Shown here: positions 45,716-62,958 of the stretch, in pieces
Position numbering within the stretch: the first letter of the stretch is position 1
Layout of the letters: every line of letters begins with the position of its first letter
Assembly: GCF_009914755.1 (NCBI RefSeq)
Contig: NC_060937.1
DNA length: 64,000 nt
From: the human T2T-CHM13v2.0 reference genome, Homo sapiens
Direction: 5' to 3' (one strand)
Notes under the pieces: model-generated
Databases searched by the model: none
Told to the model about the DNA's origin: nothing
The model's input: only the letters and a program-made list of their open reading frames with translations
Made by a program: the position numbers and the translations under genes

Positions 45716-47220
45716 CTGTGGAGAAGTGACCCGGGAGCCCCAGGGGTGGGGCAGGCCAACCAGCCCGCACTGAAGTGACCGCTCTTTGGAAGAGCACACA
45801 GACTCCAAGGCCCTCTCGTGAGTTTCACCAGCTCCCAACCACGAGAGAAGGTTCCTCTTCCTCCTCCCCTTCTTTCCTGAACAACTTGCTGGCCGAGCAA
45901 GGTGGGAGGCTGTGGGGAAGGGGCCTGAGGCCTGAGCCGACCTAGGGTAGCTCAGGTGGTGCGAACCACAGGTCCCCTCACCTTCTAGAACCGACTTGAC
46001 CAGGCACAGAGCCGCTATCTGGTGCCTTTGGAAAGTTGTGTGTTCATTTTTTAATTTGTTCAGGCCTCACAGGGCAAAGAGATGGGACTGGCTCCTGACG
46101 CACCCCCAACCCTTGGCAATGGGCCCCCCTTCCTGATTTTTCAGGGGCCTCTTCCCCAGGGCACATCTCCCCCAGCCTCAGCTCTGCCTGGCCCTCAGGA
46201 ATTCCAGCCTCAGGGTTCACCGCGTGCTGTGGCTCCCTGCCTCAGCCGGGGTGCCTCGTGCCCCCTTTGCTGCCAGGACACCGCACTAGCCTCGAGGCCC
46301 AGCTAAGGGCTACCTCCTCTCTGAAGCCTCCCCGGCTCAGCAGCATTTGTGAGCCTCTCCACCCTTGGCGCTTGCTTGGTACTTGGTGGGGACTGAGCCT
46401 CCGCAGTGACTCACAGGCCTCTTTCACGCCTCTGCACGCTCAGCAAACCCTTAGCCCTTGAGGGGCTGGCCTCGTCTTCTTCCTTTTCTTGGTATTTGGC
46501 ACAAAACAAGTGCCCAGGATGCTGGGCCCTGCTGGAAGCCACAAAAAAGTCACATCCATACCCCAAGGAGGGGGTGGCAGGTGCTGTCACCACTGCTGTG
46601 AGTCTGGGGAGGTCAGCAGGGTTGGACAGCCACATAGACCCAAAGCAGGAGCCATCGAGAGAGGCCAAGCCGCTAAGCCTCACACCTTAATCCTAGCTAC
46701 CTGTCCTCCTGCTGGTCCATCCCATTCCTTTGCTCATTGATGTCGGTAGACATGAGGACGCAGGGCACTGACAGCTCCCGGACTGTGCTGCGCGGGCTGT
46801 GGCCCCACACCTGCCCAAAGGTGAGCTCCTCTGCACCCCGTGTTCTGCGTCTCCACCCCATGGGGTCTCTCCCCACAAGCACAAGCACCCCACCCTTCCC
46901 CCATCCCATCTGCTCTCAGGAAAGGACCTAACATCAGTCATTTGTGCCTTTATCTGAAGTTACCCTGTTACAAGGTCCTTTGCCTTCTGAGGCTCACAGT
47001 GCTGATTGCAGCGTGCCAGGCGTGCCTCCGCTCAGAGATGATCAATCAGTGCAGTCATGAAGGGGGAGAATTACCAAAAGCGCTTCCAGAAGTGTTCTAA
47101 AATTCTCCCCCGGGGGTGACACAGCAAAGGTAGCCTGGTCCTATCGGTGGCTGGAGGCTGACGCTGGCCTCTGCTCCTTCTGGCCTGACAGCAGTGGCCG
47201 GGATCCTGGAGCGTCCACGC

Positions 47221-47270
47221 AGGTTAGGGCGTGCTCTACACCCCGCGTAGGCTAGGGCGTGCTCTACACC
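47221..47270. repeat. 28-bp-period duplication
   Basis: agg(t/c)tagggcgtgctctacacc twice. Confidence 0.8.
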
Positions 47271-49497
47271 GATGACGGGTGGAAGCAGAGTGAGCTGCAG
47301 CTCACCAGGCCATGGGGGCAGAGCAGCTGCAATCTGAGCCGTTTTCTTGGAGCCCAAGCACCTTTCCCATGCCCTGGGAAGACCCCCTGGCCCGCTTACC
47401 TCACCCACCAAGGACATGTGCAAGGAGGCCAGCAGAGGCCTGTGCAGCAGCCAGCCTGCTTCCTAGGTGGCTCCAAAGCCTCGAAGGGTGTCCCCTGCAC
47501 GCTGTCCTCTGCAGAAACGGAATCTGTTCATGGCACAAAACTCGACACTCTTCCTCCCTTTACACCCCTGCTGGAAAAAAAAAAAGAGAGAGAGAGAGAG
47601 AAAAAACACCCAGGGTGCCAGTCAAGGTGATCTCCCCGCCACAGGATGCCTGCGCACAGCCCCCACCATCCCCTAGAGAAGAGAGGAGGAGGAAAGTCAC
47701 CCCAGGAGGCCAATTTCCTTTCAGCTCCATTTCCCTGCACACCCCTCAGGCTGGGATTCAGACCATAGATGTGACAGTGAAGCCACCAGAGTCAGGAAAT
47801 TCAAAAGCAGCCACCATTCTCCCCGCACTGGGGCAGCGAGCAAGGGAAAGCAAGAAACGCCCCCTGGGGACCCAGACACTCTCAGCTCCGTGTGTGAAGG
47901 TGGAGGGGAGACCGCCCTGGCTCTGGATTTCCTGGGTTTTGTGACCCAGGCAAGGTGCCTTAATGGGGCCTGAAAGGTGCATTTGCAGCCCAGGCAGGCA
48001 GCGCTCCAAGAGCAGCAGTTAGCGGGGGCTGGGCAGCGGGACTGCAGGTTAAACCCACCCCTCCCCAGCAGGGAAAGGCTGCGGGCTGAGGCCACCGGGC
48101 CACCGCTCTTTTTCTCCTCTCATTTCAAAGGGCAAGAATGGTTTTCCCTGCCACATCACTGGCTAATAAATGAGGCATCGAGCAGCTCCTTTGATTAAGA
48201 CTATGCGGCCCTCACTACGTCATTGTCATCATTGACACGGTAAGTGTGCCTGTTCTTTCTGAGGCTGCCTGTGAACCCAGCGTGAAGCCCACCCCAGTCA
48301 GCAGCCAGCTGTCCAGCCTAGGGGAACAGCTGCCCCCAGTCCACTGTGTCCCGGCTTCCCCTAGTCTAGAATGTGGTCAACACACTCCCCTACCTGGCCT
48401 CCCATTGACAGAGGCTATGGGACCCAATTTTCCCCATATGTAAATCGGGCCTTCAAATATGCCCCCAAAACTCCAGGCCTGTTGGAGATAACTTAGATGA
48501 AAAGGTCCTATCTTATCATACACCTTTACCATAAACTTCCCCTCCCGCCACCCCCAGAAGGAAGAGCTGAGGCAGTTTCCAAAGGTGCCTGACTTGTCCA
48601 CAGACCACAAGCCCCAGGAGAAACGTCCTGGGCGTCCTCACAACATTTAGGATTAAATGTTAAAAAAAAAAAAAAGAGACCTAGAAGGCCCCCACAAAAG
48701 GGCAAGAAATTATAGAATACCACCCACACGGGGTTTATTCCTGATTCACTCAATAAGCATTTACTGAGGCACAGCTGGGCGCAGCCACGGGCTCTAAGTT
48801 GACTGTGTACAAGTGATGGAGGGCTGCAACCCACACACAGGAGGGCCTGGGGTCTGCCCCGCCCCGTGCCAAGTTATCATCTCTGTTGCCCATCAGGGAC
48901 CTTGTCTAAGCGGGAGCTGCAGCCCCCACAGGCCCAGCGAACCTGACAGAACCAGACCCTGCCCCAAGTTCTGTGGATCCCCCCACCACTCTTGCGGGTC
49001 CTTCCTTCTGTGTTTATCGCTGAGGCCACGCACTGAATGTCACATTGTCTTGGGTTATTGTCTAATTGTTTCCTGGGCAGAGACATTTCATTTCAGCCAG
49101 CTGAGTTCCATGGGGTAGAAACGGCAGCAGGCTCTTATATAAATCATCTGCTGGGGTGGAAGAGATTATCCAGCCCGTGGTGGGGGCCAGAATTCAGGGG
49201 GGCTGTGAGGCTGGATGGGAAAATGATGCCATCTTTGTTTCCATTAGGCCCCAGCTGAAATGTGATGTTTCAGTTGTGGACACGAGTGGCCAGCCACAGT
49301 GGCGGGAGAGTGCCTGAGACTTGGGTGCTGTTTGTTAGAAACCACAGCAAGTCTTTTCATCGCCCAGTGCAGGTGATCCAGGTACCTTAAGGCATTATTT
49401 ATGCTCGTCACTACCTTGAAATTACAGTCACTATTAGACATGTCAGTAGTGAATAAAGAAGTGTGTAGGACATTATATTAAAAATCTGCTTTTCTTT

Positions 49498-49817
<320 letters not shown>

Positions 49818-50289
49818 TTAATATGAAAGGTTTCTTTTCATCTTAGGTGTTTTACTTTATACATTTAAAAACCAGGACTCTGGGAAGGGGGCCACAGGCT
49901 TCAGCCAAAAGGGTTGTGGCTCAAGAAAAGGTGAAGGACCCTCGATCTAGTCTAACCATTTTGCCTTCTAAGTGGGGACACTGAGGCATGGGATGTTTCC
50001 AAAGCCTCCCAGCTTATCCATCAGACTTGATTAGAGCCTCAGCTGCCTGAAACCCCCTCCGCTTCAGATGCAGTGGCCTTCCATCCCTGCACTCCACACC
50101 CTGAGCCCGACATGTGACTTCCTGACCCACTGACTACCCTGGTTCCTCCTCCAGGTGCTTCATCAGCCCCCTTCATCTTAGTCCATCTGTCCTCTTCCAC
50201 CTGGCCCTGGACAAGGGTCAATAGAGCACAGTGGTTTCCTGTTCACTCAGGTCAGGAAACCAATGGCAAGAAAAGTGACAACGATGGCA

Positions 50290-50440
50290 CCCATGATTGA
50301 GGACCTCCTCTGTGTCAGACACTCCTAGCTTTACTTATTTACACCTCACTTTATCCGCAAAGAGGCATCATTATCCCCATTTCACAGATGAATAAAATGA
50401 GGCTTAGAGGAGTTAAGTGATTTGTTCAAGGCCAACTGCA
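50290..50440 (-). mobile_element. MIR SINE
   Basis: attatccccatttcacagatgaataaaatgaggcttagaggagttaagtgatttgttcaagg (MIR core). Confidence 0.75.
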
Positions 50441-51342
50441 TGGAGATACGGGTCCTCCAGGTGGGTTCAGTTACAAGGCAGTCGAAGCTGGGGCTGGAGT
50501 GGGGAGGTGGCCGAATATAGGCTCTCCCAGATCTGAAGGATGCAGAGACTTTGGGCCAGTGTTCCTGAGGACAGGTAGAGCAGGGGCTGCGGACGGTGCA
50601 ACTGTGGCTGAGCCCACCTACCGGCTGCTACCCTTGAAGTGGCTTCACAAGGTACTGATTTCTGCCTCGCTCTGTGCCTGCCCCGGGAAAGCGGAGCTGG
50701 CACCGCTATCGCATCTCTGTGGTTTGCACGTCTGTGTTCCCAGAGCTGCTTCAGCCCCACACGTGGGCAGAGCAGCAGTGTGGTTGAGCTGTCCAGGTGC
50801 TGCCGTTTTTGCTTTTTCTTTCTTTTTTAATGATGAAGAGGAAAAGGAGTGTGGGGTGGGCACAGATGTACTTGTTCCTCTTTTTTTACATTTAATCATT
50901 GACAGGACTGCTGACGCTGGAGTAACACACTCACTCACCCATGTAGTGCTCACCAAGTGTCTACACTATGCTGACCTCCCAGAACCACCTAGGTCTTCGG
51001 CACTGACAGACCCTCCCTTCTAGCAAAGTAGACAGGTAGACAGGTGAGAGCTCTATGGGGTGACAGGCACGCCGCAGAGATAGCAACTTCAGGGTGCCAA
51101 GGAACACACAGGAGGAGGCTCTTCCTGGTCCCAGGTGGCCGAGGAGGTTTCCCAGAGGTCAAGCTTGAGGATGAGACAATCTGCCCAACCCCTCCAGCTG
51201 CTGACACAGAGGGAGGGAGAGCACAGGGAATGGTGTGCCGGACCGTTACTCTCCCACCCAGAGGTTTCTTGTCACTTTCTCTCATATTTCCTTGAACAAC
51301 ACAAGTCACGTGGCCACACCTAACTTCAAGAGGTGGAATCCT

Positions 51343-51821
<479 letters not shown>

Positions 51822-53508
51822 TCACCCCAGTTTTCGGTCCTCATTCATCACCTCTGCTGCATTCTCGTGGCTGTGGCCTCAGCCCAGTCCTCACTGTCTC
51901 TCTCCAGGACAGCCACAGCTTCTTGCTTCCTGGTCTCCGATCTTAATTCTCCAATCCAGTTTATATTCTACATCCCACTGAGGATTGCAGAATGAGTTTG
52001 CTAAAGGCACAACTGATTGTGTTATTCGCTACCTAAAATCCTTTGAGGGTCTTTAGGACAGGATTCGATTTCCATGACCTGGGATATGCTGTTCTCTCTG
52101 TCCAGAATGCATTTTCCCTCCCCATGAACCCTCATCAACTCTGCTTAACTCCTTCTCACACAAGACTCAGCCCTCCTCCAGGCAGTCTTCCTTGGCTGCC
52201 CCACACCCTGCATCTCATTTTGGTGCTCCCCTTCTAGTCCCCAAATGTCTCTATATTAGTGTACACCATAAATGACTAGTGTCTGTCAGACTGGGAGCTG
52301 TTTAGGGAAGTGACAAAGTCTCAATCATCAACTCCTAGGGCCTCCACAGGGGTCAGCCTGGTGGGTGCGTGCTGAATGATTGCTGAATGCAGGGCCAGTG
52401 GTAGTTACTGTTCCAAACCTGCCCTCCACAGCCTGTCTTCCCACATCATCCAGAGACTTCTTCCCACAGGACACATCAAGCATCTGCTTAGCTCCCTGTG
52501 CTGGCCACTGGGGAGGGGGTGTGAAGGCACACCCATGGCCTGCAAGGAGCTTAAATGTTGAGGGGAAAGTTGAGAAACCCAAAAGTCACTGGGAACCACA
52601 TGGCACTCAACGTGGGGACGACAGCTGGGGATGAGACACCACCCTTATGTCTTCCCTTGGCCTCATAGAGTCACCACATAGAGGAACCTGATAGAGGCTC
52701 CTGTCTAATCCGACCAGGTTGCAGATGAGGATGCTGAGACCCAGAGAGGTGGGCTGAGTCACTGCGGTCACTCAGGTAGCCACCAACGTCACTGCAACCC
52801 AGACCAGCCTCAGACCTCCACAGCAAATGCTCTTTAGGAAAAAGCAGACGTGGGCACCTTCCACTTCTATGCAACATGCTGTGACGTAAGACAACCCTCA
52901 AATATCTCAAACCAGCGGTGTTTTTCTCCCTGCACTCTTCCTTCAAGAGGAAGTTGCAATTTAATTGAATTATTTCTTCTTTCTCTCCTTTAGTCAAAAA
53001 TTGTGATTTAAGCACCTTTTATGTTTAAGCCACCCTGCTGGCCACCAGGTGATAATCCAAGAGAAACAAAACCACCCTCACTTCAGAGCTTGGGGACAAG
53101 ACACATGTCCCTTACATCAGCGAACCAAGATCGGGAGGGAAATGCCGAAGGAGTGGTTCAAGCAGTTGGCAAAAATTTCACAAGAAAATGCCCCAAGGAG
53201 CTATTTAGTCAGAAAAGCAACTTCTGGGGAGATCCCTGGATTCAACACAATCCCCTGTCCTGACCATCCCCGACCTGTGATCCTACTGTGCGGACAGCTT
53301 CAGAGCCTGAAAGGCGCAGAGTCGGTAACATTAAATGAGAGTCTCTTCACCCGGTCAGACTTCGTTAGGGCCAAGCTCTTCGAGCAAGATGGAGGTGCCG
53401 TCCTTCCCCAGTGCCTGACTCAGTTGCCAGCACCCAGTGTGTGCACTGGGTGAACGCAGACACTCTTCTTTCTACAGTTCCCATGGCAGGGGTCAGGGCC
53501 CATGGAGT

Positions 53509-54172
<664 letters not shown>

Positions 54173-54444
54173 CCTGGAAGGAGGATCTTATGATCTGTTT
54201 TCTGGTGAAGTAGGTCAGAGGATTCCTTTATGGCCAGCTGTCACATAGAAGGGTGGGGGAAGGGTCTCATGATCATCTCGTTTCTTTGTTTTATCTGTTG
54301 CCAAGGTGCCATGTTTTGGGGTATCAGGCACTGAGCCCAACAGGTGGAACTCATCTACATTGGTAACAGTTGTAGTTCATTCACTCTCATTGTTATATAC
54401 TATTCATTTGTTTGGCTGTACCAACACTTACACATTCATGCTCT

Positions 54445-54749
54445 TTTATTTTTTCTTTTTCTTTTTTCTTTCTTTCTTTCTTTTTTTTTTTGAGACAGGC
54501 TCACTCCGTCACCCAGGCTGGAGCACAGTGGTATGAACATGGCTCACTGCAGCCTTGACCTCGAAGGCTCAAGTGATTCTCTCACCTCAGCCCCTCAAGT
54601 AGCTGGGACCAGAGGTGCATGCCACTATGCCTGGCAAATTTTGTATTTTTTGGTAGAGACAGCGTTACGCCATGTTGGCCAGGCAGGTCTCAAACTTCTG
54701 AGCTCAGGCAATCCGCCAGCTTCAGCCTCCCAAAGTGTTGGGATTACAG
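54445..54749 (-). mobile_element. AluJ SINE within an L1M relic
   Basis: T-rich tail; cactgcagccttgacctc (J-type). Confidence 0.9.
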
Positions 54750-55117
54750 TTATTCTCCTTTTGATAAACATGAGTTGTATTTCATGCGGGGCTATTACAA
54801 ACAGTGCTGCTGTGAACATTTCTGTACACATCATTTGGTGAACTTACATACTCATTTTCTTTAGGATGTACCCAGATTGGGGAATGCTGGGCCACAGGGT
54901 ATTTTGGTTTAGCTTCAGTTGAAACTATCCTTGGTTGATTTTTTAAAAAGAAAACATTTTAAAACTTGATTTTTTTAAAAACTGAAAATAAAATTTAAAA
55001 TGATCAATGTTTTGTCAAAGCGGCACTTTTCCTCTGTGATTGAACAATTAGGTTTTTAAAAATAATTGGAGGAGAACTTAAATATGTGTAGTCTGGTATT
55101 TTTCAACCATTGGGTTA

Positions 55118-55453
<336 letters not shown>

Positions 55454-56154
55454 TTGTTTTAATTGTGATAAAATATACATAAAATTTACTACTTTAATAA
55501 TTTATTGTGGGTTTCGAGATCATTTTAGTGGGCCATGATCAGAACTTTTTAAAAATGAGATAGAAGAGAAAAGGAAACAGAACAGAAAAGAAAATACATC
55601 GTAATAAGGACAAATACTGTTTCATAAGACTTCTGTTTCCGTTGTGTGTGCTCTGTGTTTTAAAAGTTTGTAAAACACGGGTCTAGTCCAACTCTTTTAA
55701 TTTACAGAGAGGGAAATATACTCAGAGACAGAAGTGATATCCCAAACAGAGCTTGAACTAGAACATGGCATCAGGCTTCCAATTCAGAGTCTGATATTTT
55801 CCAACTCCCATCTCACCATCTTTGCTGTTGATCTCTCCAAACTCACGTGCTAGATCAGGCTAGACCTTCATGGCCCCATATTTTCTTGGTGGAAAAGGGT
55901 CTCCTGTTCCCTGCCCCTTGAGTTAGTCCCAGACCGGCTGCAGAGAGGAGCCAGGACTCAGCCAGCACCTTCTGAACGCCACTGTGATAACCCAAGGATG
56001 CCCCATTTGACCTTGTCTACTCTGGGGTCAACCAGGAATAGTACAAACCTAGATCTTAACGGAAGAGAGGGGAAAGGACCTGTGGTTTGACATTTTTCAG
56101 AATTTTTCTCTTCTGTGTGTTTCAAGAGCACTTTTCTCGCGGAGCTCAAGAGAG

Positions 56155-56200
56155 GAAGCGCTATAAATAGAGGGCCTGGAGGAGGGGCGGCCGCGGGAGG
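56155..56200 (+). promoter_or_regulatory. Candidate cis-element: CTATAAATAG (MEF2 consensus / TATA-like) next to GGAAG and a GC box
   Basis: gaggaagcg CTATAAATAG agggcctggagga GGGGCGG ccgcggga, in a small CpG cluster. Motif evidence only. Confidence 0.35.
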
Positions 56201-57140
56201 AAGAAGTTCTCAGAACACCTGCTTGTCTCAAAATCAAGGCCCAGTGGGGTTTTTCAGGGGGCAGTTCCCAAGCAGGCCCCTACTCAATCCCCCGGCCAGA
56301 AACTTTTCCAGGCTCTTCTCCAGCTCATCGAAACCAGGGCTTAGCCCTCTGGCCTGGATCCCTACACCCCAAATGCAGCCACAACCCCAAGTCCACCCCA
56401 GAGCCCTGGGAGGGGTGACCTTGCCCCTCTGGATCTAAGGTCCCTGGTCACTCAGCTCAGAGTCACGAGCTGCTCCCAGCCCATAGTTGACCTAAATGAG
56501 GTCAGGGCAGACCCCAGTCCACACCTCAGCAACGCCTTCCCGTGTCTGAGGACAAGACCCACCAACGGCAGATTGGTCATCTCTGACCCGCAGGCGGGAT
56601 GGGGAACGGGCTCTCTTGAGGCTGTCCCTGCAGCAGCTACTGTTTTTACTTGGAGTATGTTTCTCTGGGGGCTGCCTTTGGTGGGAGAGGAAAAGGCCAT
56701 GCAGATTGCTTGGGGAGGGGCCAGACTCCCCCCTCATTCCTCCACTCCCTTCTCCCCTGCCCTCTCCACACCCAGCCCTGCACCCCTCTCCTGCCACTGG
56801 GTGGCCTATGGCCTTTCTGCTGCCATGCTGCCCGCTCTCCTCTTCTCTCCTCACCTGGGGGCCCCTCTTGCCTTGCAAGTCTCCACCTCAGTATCCCCTT
56901 GGCCAAGAGCATTTCAAGGACCTCGCTGTAAATTACACCCCGGGTTACATGGCAGGCTCGTCCTTCAGACACCATATGTGTTCAACTCAGGCTTGGATGT
57001 GTGTCATCATGAGGTTAATCTGTCTCTCCCTCAGCGAGCTGCGAGCTCTGAAGGCGAGGCCAAGTTGGTTTTGCTCCCTGCTTCTACCACCTTCCAGCAC
57101 AAGGTCCAGCAGGAGTCATGCCCAGCACATTCCTCCAGCC

Positions 57141-57957
57141 AGCAGGGAGGGGAAGGGAGGGGAAGGGAGGGGAAGGGAGGGGAGGATGCAGGAGAGATGA
57201 GGGGAAGGTGGGAGGGGAAGAGAGAAGGGAGGAGAGAAGAGAGGATGCAGGGGAGAGGGGAGACGGTGGAGGAGAGGATGGAAGAGAGGAGGGAGGAGAG
57301 GGTGGAAGGGACGAGGGAGGGGAGAATGAAGGGGAGGAGGGAGGAGAGAGGGGAGGGTGGAAGGGAGGAGAGGGGAGGGTGGAGGGGAGGAGGGAGGAGA
57401 GGGTGGAAGGGGGGGAGTAGGGTGAAGGGAGGAGGGTGGAAGGGAGGACGGAGGGTAGGGTGGGAGGGAGGGCAGGGTGGGAGGGAGGAGAGAGGGCAGG
57501 ATGGAAGGGAAGAGGGAGGGCAGGGTTGGAGGGAGGAGGAAGGGGAGGATGGAGAAGAGAACAGAGAAGAGGGTGGAAAGGAGGATGGAGGGGAGGGTGA
57601 AAGGGAGGAGGGAGGGGAGGATAGAGAAGAGGAGGGAGAAGAGGATGGAAGGGAGGACGGAGGGGAGGGTGAAAGGAAGGAGGGAGGGGAGGATGGAGAA
57701 GAGAAGAGAGGAGGATGGAAAGGAGGATGGAGGAGAGGGTGAAAGGGAGGAGGGAGGGGAGGATAGAGAAGAGGAGGGAGAAGAGATGGAAGGGAGGATG
57801 GAGGGGAGGGTGGGGGGGAGGATAGAGAAGAGGAGGGAGAAGACAATGGAAGGGAGGACGGAGGGGAGGGTGAAGGGGGAAGATAGAGAAGAGGAGGGAG
57901 AAGAGGATGGAAGGGAGGATGGAGGGGAGGATGAAAGGGAGGAGCGAGGGCAGGGAG
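57141..57957. repeat. ~800-bp GA-rich polypurine tract with internal ~70/142-bp periodicity
   Basis: Almost only G/A on the + strand; ggaaaggaggatggag recurs at 57575 and 57717. Confidence 0.95.
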
Positions 57958-58281
57958 TCAGTTTTCAGCAGGAATTGAACAGCTCTCTCCCTTCTGGTCA
58001 CTCCATGAAAAATAGTTTGAGAGTTTTCCCCTGTGCTAGCCAATCATGGGTCTGTTTCAGCATGGAGCCCCACTTCCTCTCAGGGCACACTCTTTCTTCT
58101 TGGAAACCGCCAGGAAGCACCCGGAGCCAGCAAGTGGTGTGCCTCAGCCTCCCTCCGGAGAACAAGCGTCACAGGTTTTGCATCCGCCATCCCTGGGCAT
58201 TGCACAGCCCTGGGGAGGCCAGGAGCCCATAGGACTCATCCTTTTCAAGTGAAGGTGAAAAGAGTGAGTCCTATGTACCAC

Positions 58282-58620
58282 AGGACTCACCTTTTCCAGT
58301 GTGATTCAATAATTTCTAGTTAATTCCGAGTTGTGCAGCATTACCACAATCCAGTTCTAGAACTTTCCAGTCACTGAAAAAGAGCCCTGTGTCCTTTTGC
58401 AGTTATTCTCGGTTCCACCCTAGCCCCAATCAACCTCTGATCCACTTTCTCTCTCTATGGATTTGCCTTTTCTGGACACCTCCTATTATGGACTCATACA
58501 ATACGTGGTCTCTGGTGTCTGGCTTCTTTCGCTGAGCACGATGTTTTCACGGTTTACATTGGAGCATGCTCCTATGAGTAGTTTGTTTCTTTTTATTTTG
58601 CTGAATGGTATTCCCAGGAC
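58282..58620 (-). mobile_element. Old L1M 3' fragment
   Basis: gagttgtgcagcattaccacaatccagttctagaac...ctatggatttgccttttctggaca...gctgaatggtattcc. Confidence 0.7.
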
Positions 58621-59472
58621 TTGGTTTTTTATCAATGGGGGGAAGATATTTTTAGTCATATAGAAGCCATTTCTTCCTACAAGGACACAACTAAAAGGAA
58701 GATTGGCTCGGGTGAGGCTTCCATGTCTAGGAAACCCAGAGATGCATCTCCTTATGGATATAGACCTCGGAAAGACGTCCCTACAGAAGCATGGCTGTCC
58801 TAGCCCGAATGCACTGGATGGCAAAACGGATCAGATCAGAAAGATCCCAGTGGGAGAGAATGATGAGCAGAAACCAGTTGGGTCAAATATTCTTTACAAT
58901 TCTCCTATTTGGTTTCAAATATCAATTGCAAAAGTTGCAATCGACACACCGGATAGCACTCTGGGGGTTCAGGAGAGCGGTCCTTAGAGCATCGCCCAGA
59001 GAACTTTTAAGAATCCCAATGCCAGGGCCACTCTTGGAGCAAATAAATGAGAATCTCCATGTGCAGGCCAGGCATCAGTAGTGTTTAACCCTCCCAGGTG
59101 ATTCCAATGTGCAGCCAACATCAAAGTCAAGGACGACCGTGCTAAATGGTTATTAGGCACCTAAAGTAACTGACTGGCTTGTGCCACGAGGCAGAATCCC
59201 ATGCCTTCCTTTCCAGGGAGTGGAATATCTGGTCCTGCCCCAAGCGGTCTCACCAGACCTCCTCTTCTGGAAGCCCACCCGGGAGGTCACAGCTATGGTC
59301 CCTCACATCCTCCACACTAACACTGATCCCAAGGAGATGGGCTGGAGCAAACACCATGGTGCGGTGCCATCTGAAACCCTTAGCCACCCTGCTGGAGACA
59401 GAGACAAGGCCAGCTTGTCACAGCACTAAGAAGCCTGGGTCTTACTATTTTATTTAAAAAGAAAATAATTGA

Positions 59473-59800
<328 letters not shown>

Positions 59801-60333
59801 ATTCTCATAGAAAATTTCTAAAGGAAATGGCCCCCAGAACTAACCACAATAATGGTTTGACATGTATCTTTCCAGGCATTTTTCTATGCAATTACCTCTA
59901 TCCATAAATATATCAACATATAGTTTTTTTTATGCTTGAGGAATTATATTAGAACTTGCTTTTCAATATACCACCGAGATCATTCCATGTCAGAACTCAC
60001 AGCAATGCTTCCTTTCTAAATAAAACACTGCAAATGTGATATAACATTATTCATTTAACCATTCTCCTGTTGATAAAAACTCGCATTGGTCTCAATGTTT
60101 TTGCCCTTGCAAATGTTATTTCTGAGCCTCTTTGTACGTATACCTTTGTGCACATGTCCACTTTTTAAAAACGGCAGATTCTTAGGAGTGGAGTGGCTGA
60201 GAATTCTGGACTCTCCACTCAGCTTTGTTCTTTTATTTGCCCGTTCTAATCACAAAAACTCTATATTCTGGTTTCATTCTTGGTTATAGTACGGATCTTG
60301 TTGCTGTTGTGAGTAGCTTCCTTTCCCGCTTCA

Positions 60334-60537
<204 letters not shown>

Positions 60538-60544
60538 TCATTGA

Positions 60545-61580
<1,036 letters not shown>

Positions 61581-62540
61581 TTTTGTATGGCAATCTTGTA
61601 TCCAACCATGTCACCAAGCTCTCAGATTAGGTTTTCATTTGATGTCTTGGATTTTCTAGGCATATTGTCACATCATCTGGAATGGTGACAATTTTGGTTT
61701 TGTTCACTTTAGTATTCGTGCCCGTTTTTCTGACTTTACTACATTGACAATGACCCACATTACAAGGTTGGAGAGAAGCAGTGATGGCAGGCACCCCTGT
61801 TCTCTTAGATTTCGCTGTTATATGTCTTAATCTCTGAGAGTCTCTGTAGCCACCCTTACCAAGTTAGGAATGAGGTGTTCTGAGCCTGGATTGCTAGGAG
61901 TTTCATCAACAATATTCACATTCGCCAAATGCTTTTTGGGGTGTCTATTGAGATGCCTGTACGACTCAGTGCAGTGAATTACATTATCAATTCCCTAATG
62001 ATTCCTCCTGCTTGCGTTTGTCAGAAAAACCTGTTTGTCATAAACTACTCGTGTCCCACCCAGCGTCCCGATGAGATAAGGACTCCACAGGGACTCTGGG
62101 CTGCCCTAGGTTGCCCCAAATGAACAGGTGTCCAGTGATTGCAGAAAAAGAGGAGATGGTGATAGATATGGATCATGTCTTTGCCCCCAAAGAGGGCACA
62201 TCCGTGGGAAAAAAGTCCCAAAGGAGCAAGATTCTTCAAAGAACCGTTGACCCTGTTGTAACAAGATGGAGAAAATTGTATTCATCAAAACTAACCTTGA
62301 GGAGAGGTCTGGATGCATTCAGGAGAAGTCCGTTGATTAATAGCTTGAAATGATTGAGCTGACTACCCAAGGAGACCCTCGTGTTGGGCTGAGAACCCGA
62401 AGGCTGGGCTGAGCGAGCCAGGACAGGAGCTTGGACAGAGCCTCCTTGTCTGTGGAGTGATGGGAGAGGAAGCAAAGAAGGAAGGCACAAAGCCAGAAAG
62501 CACAGCAGTAGTTGGGAAAAAGGAGAAAAAGAAAAGATGC

Positions 62541-62958
<418 letters not shown>

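Noticed and set aside
44636-45773. His/Thr-rich ORFs up to 207 aa
   Set aside because: Translation of the CA-rich simple repeat.
56573-58232. Long ORFs of 389, 319, 271 and 251 aa
   Set aside because: They are products of the stop-poor GA-rich tract and give low-complexity G/E/R or P/S/L translations.
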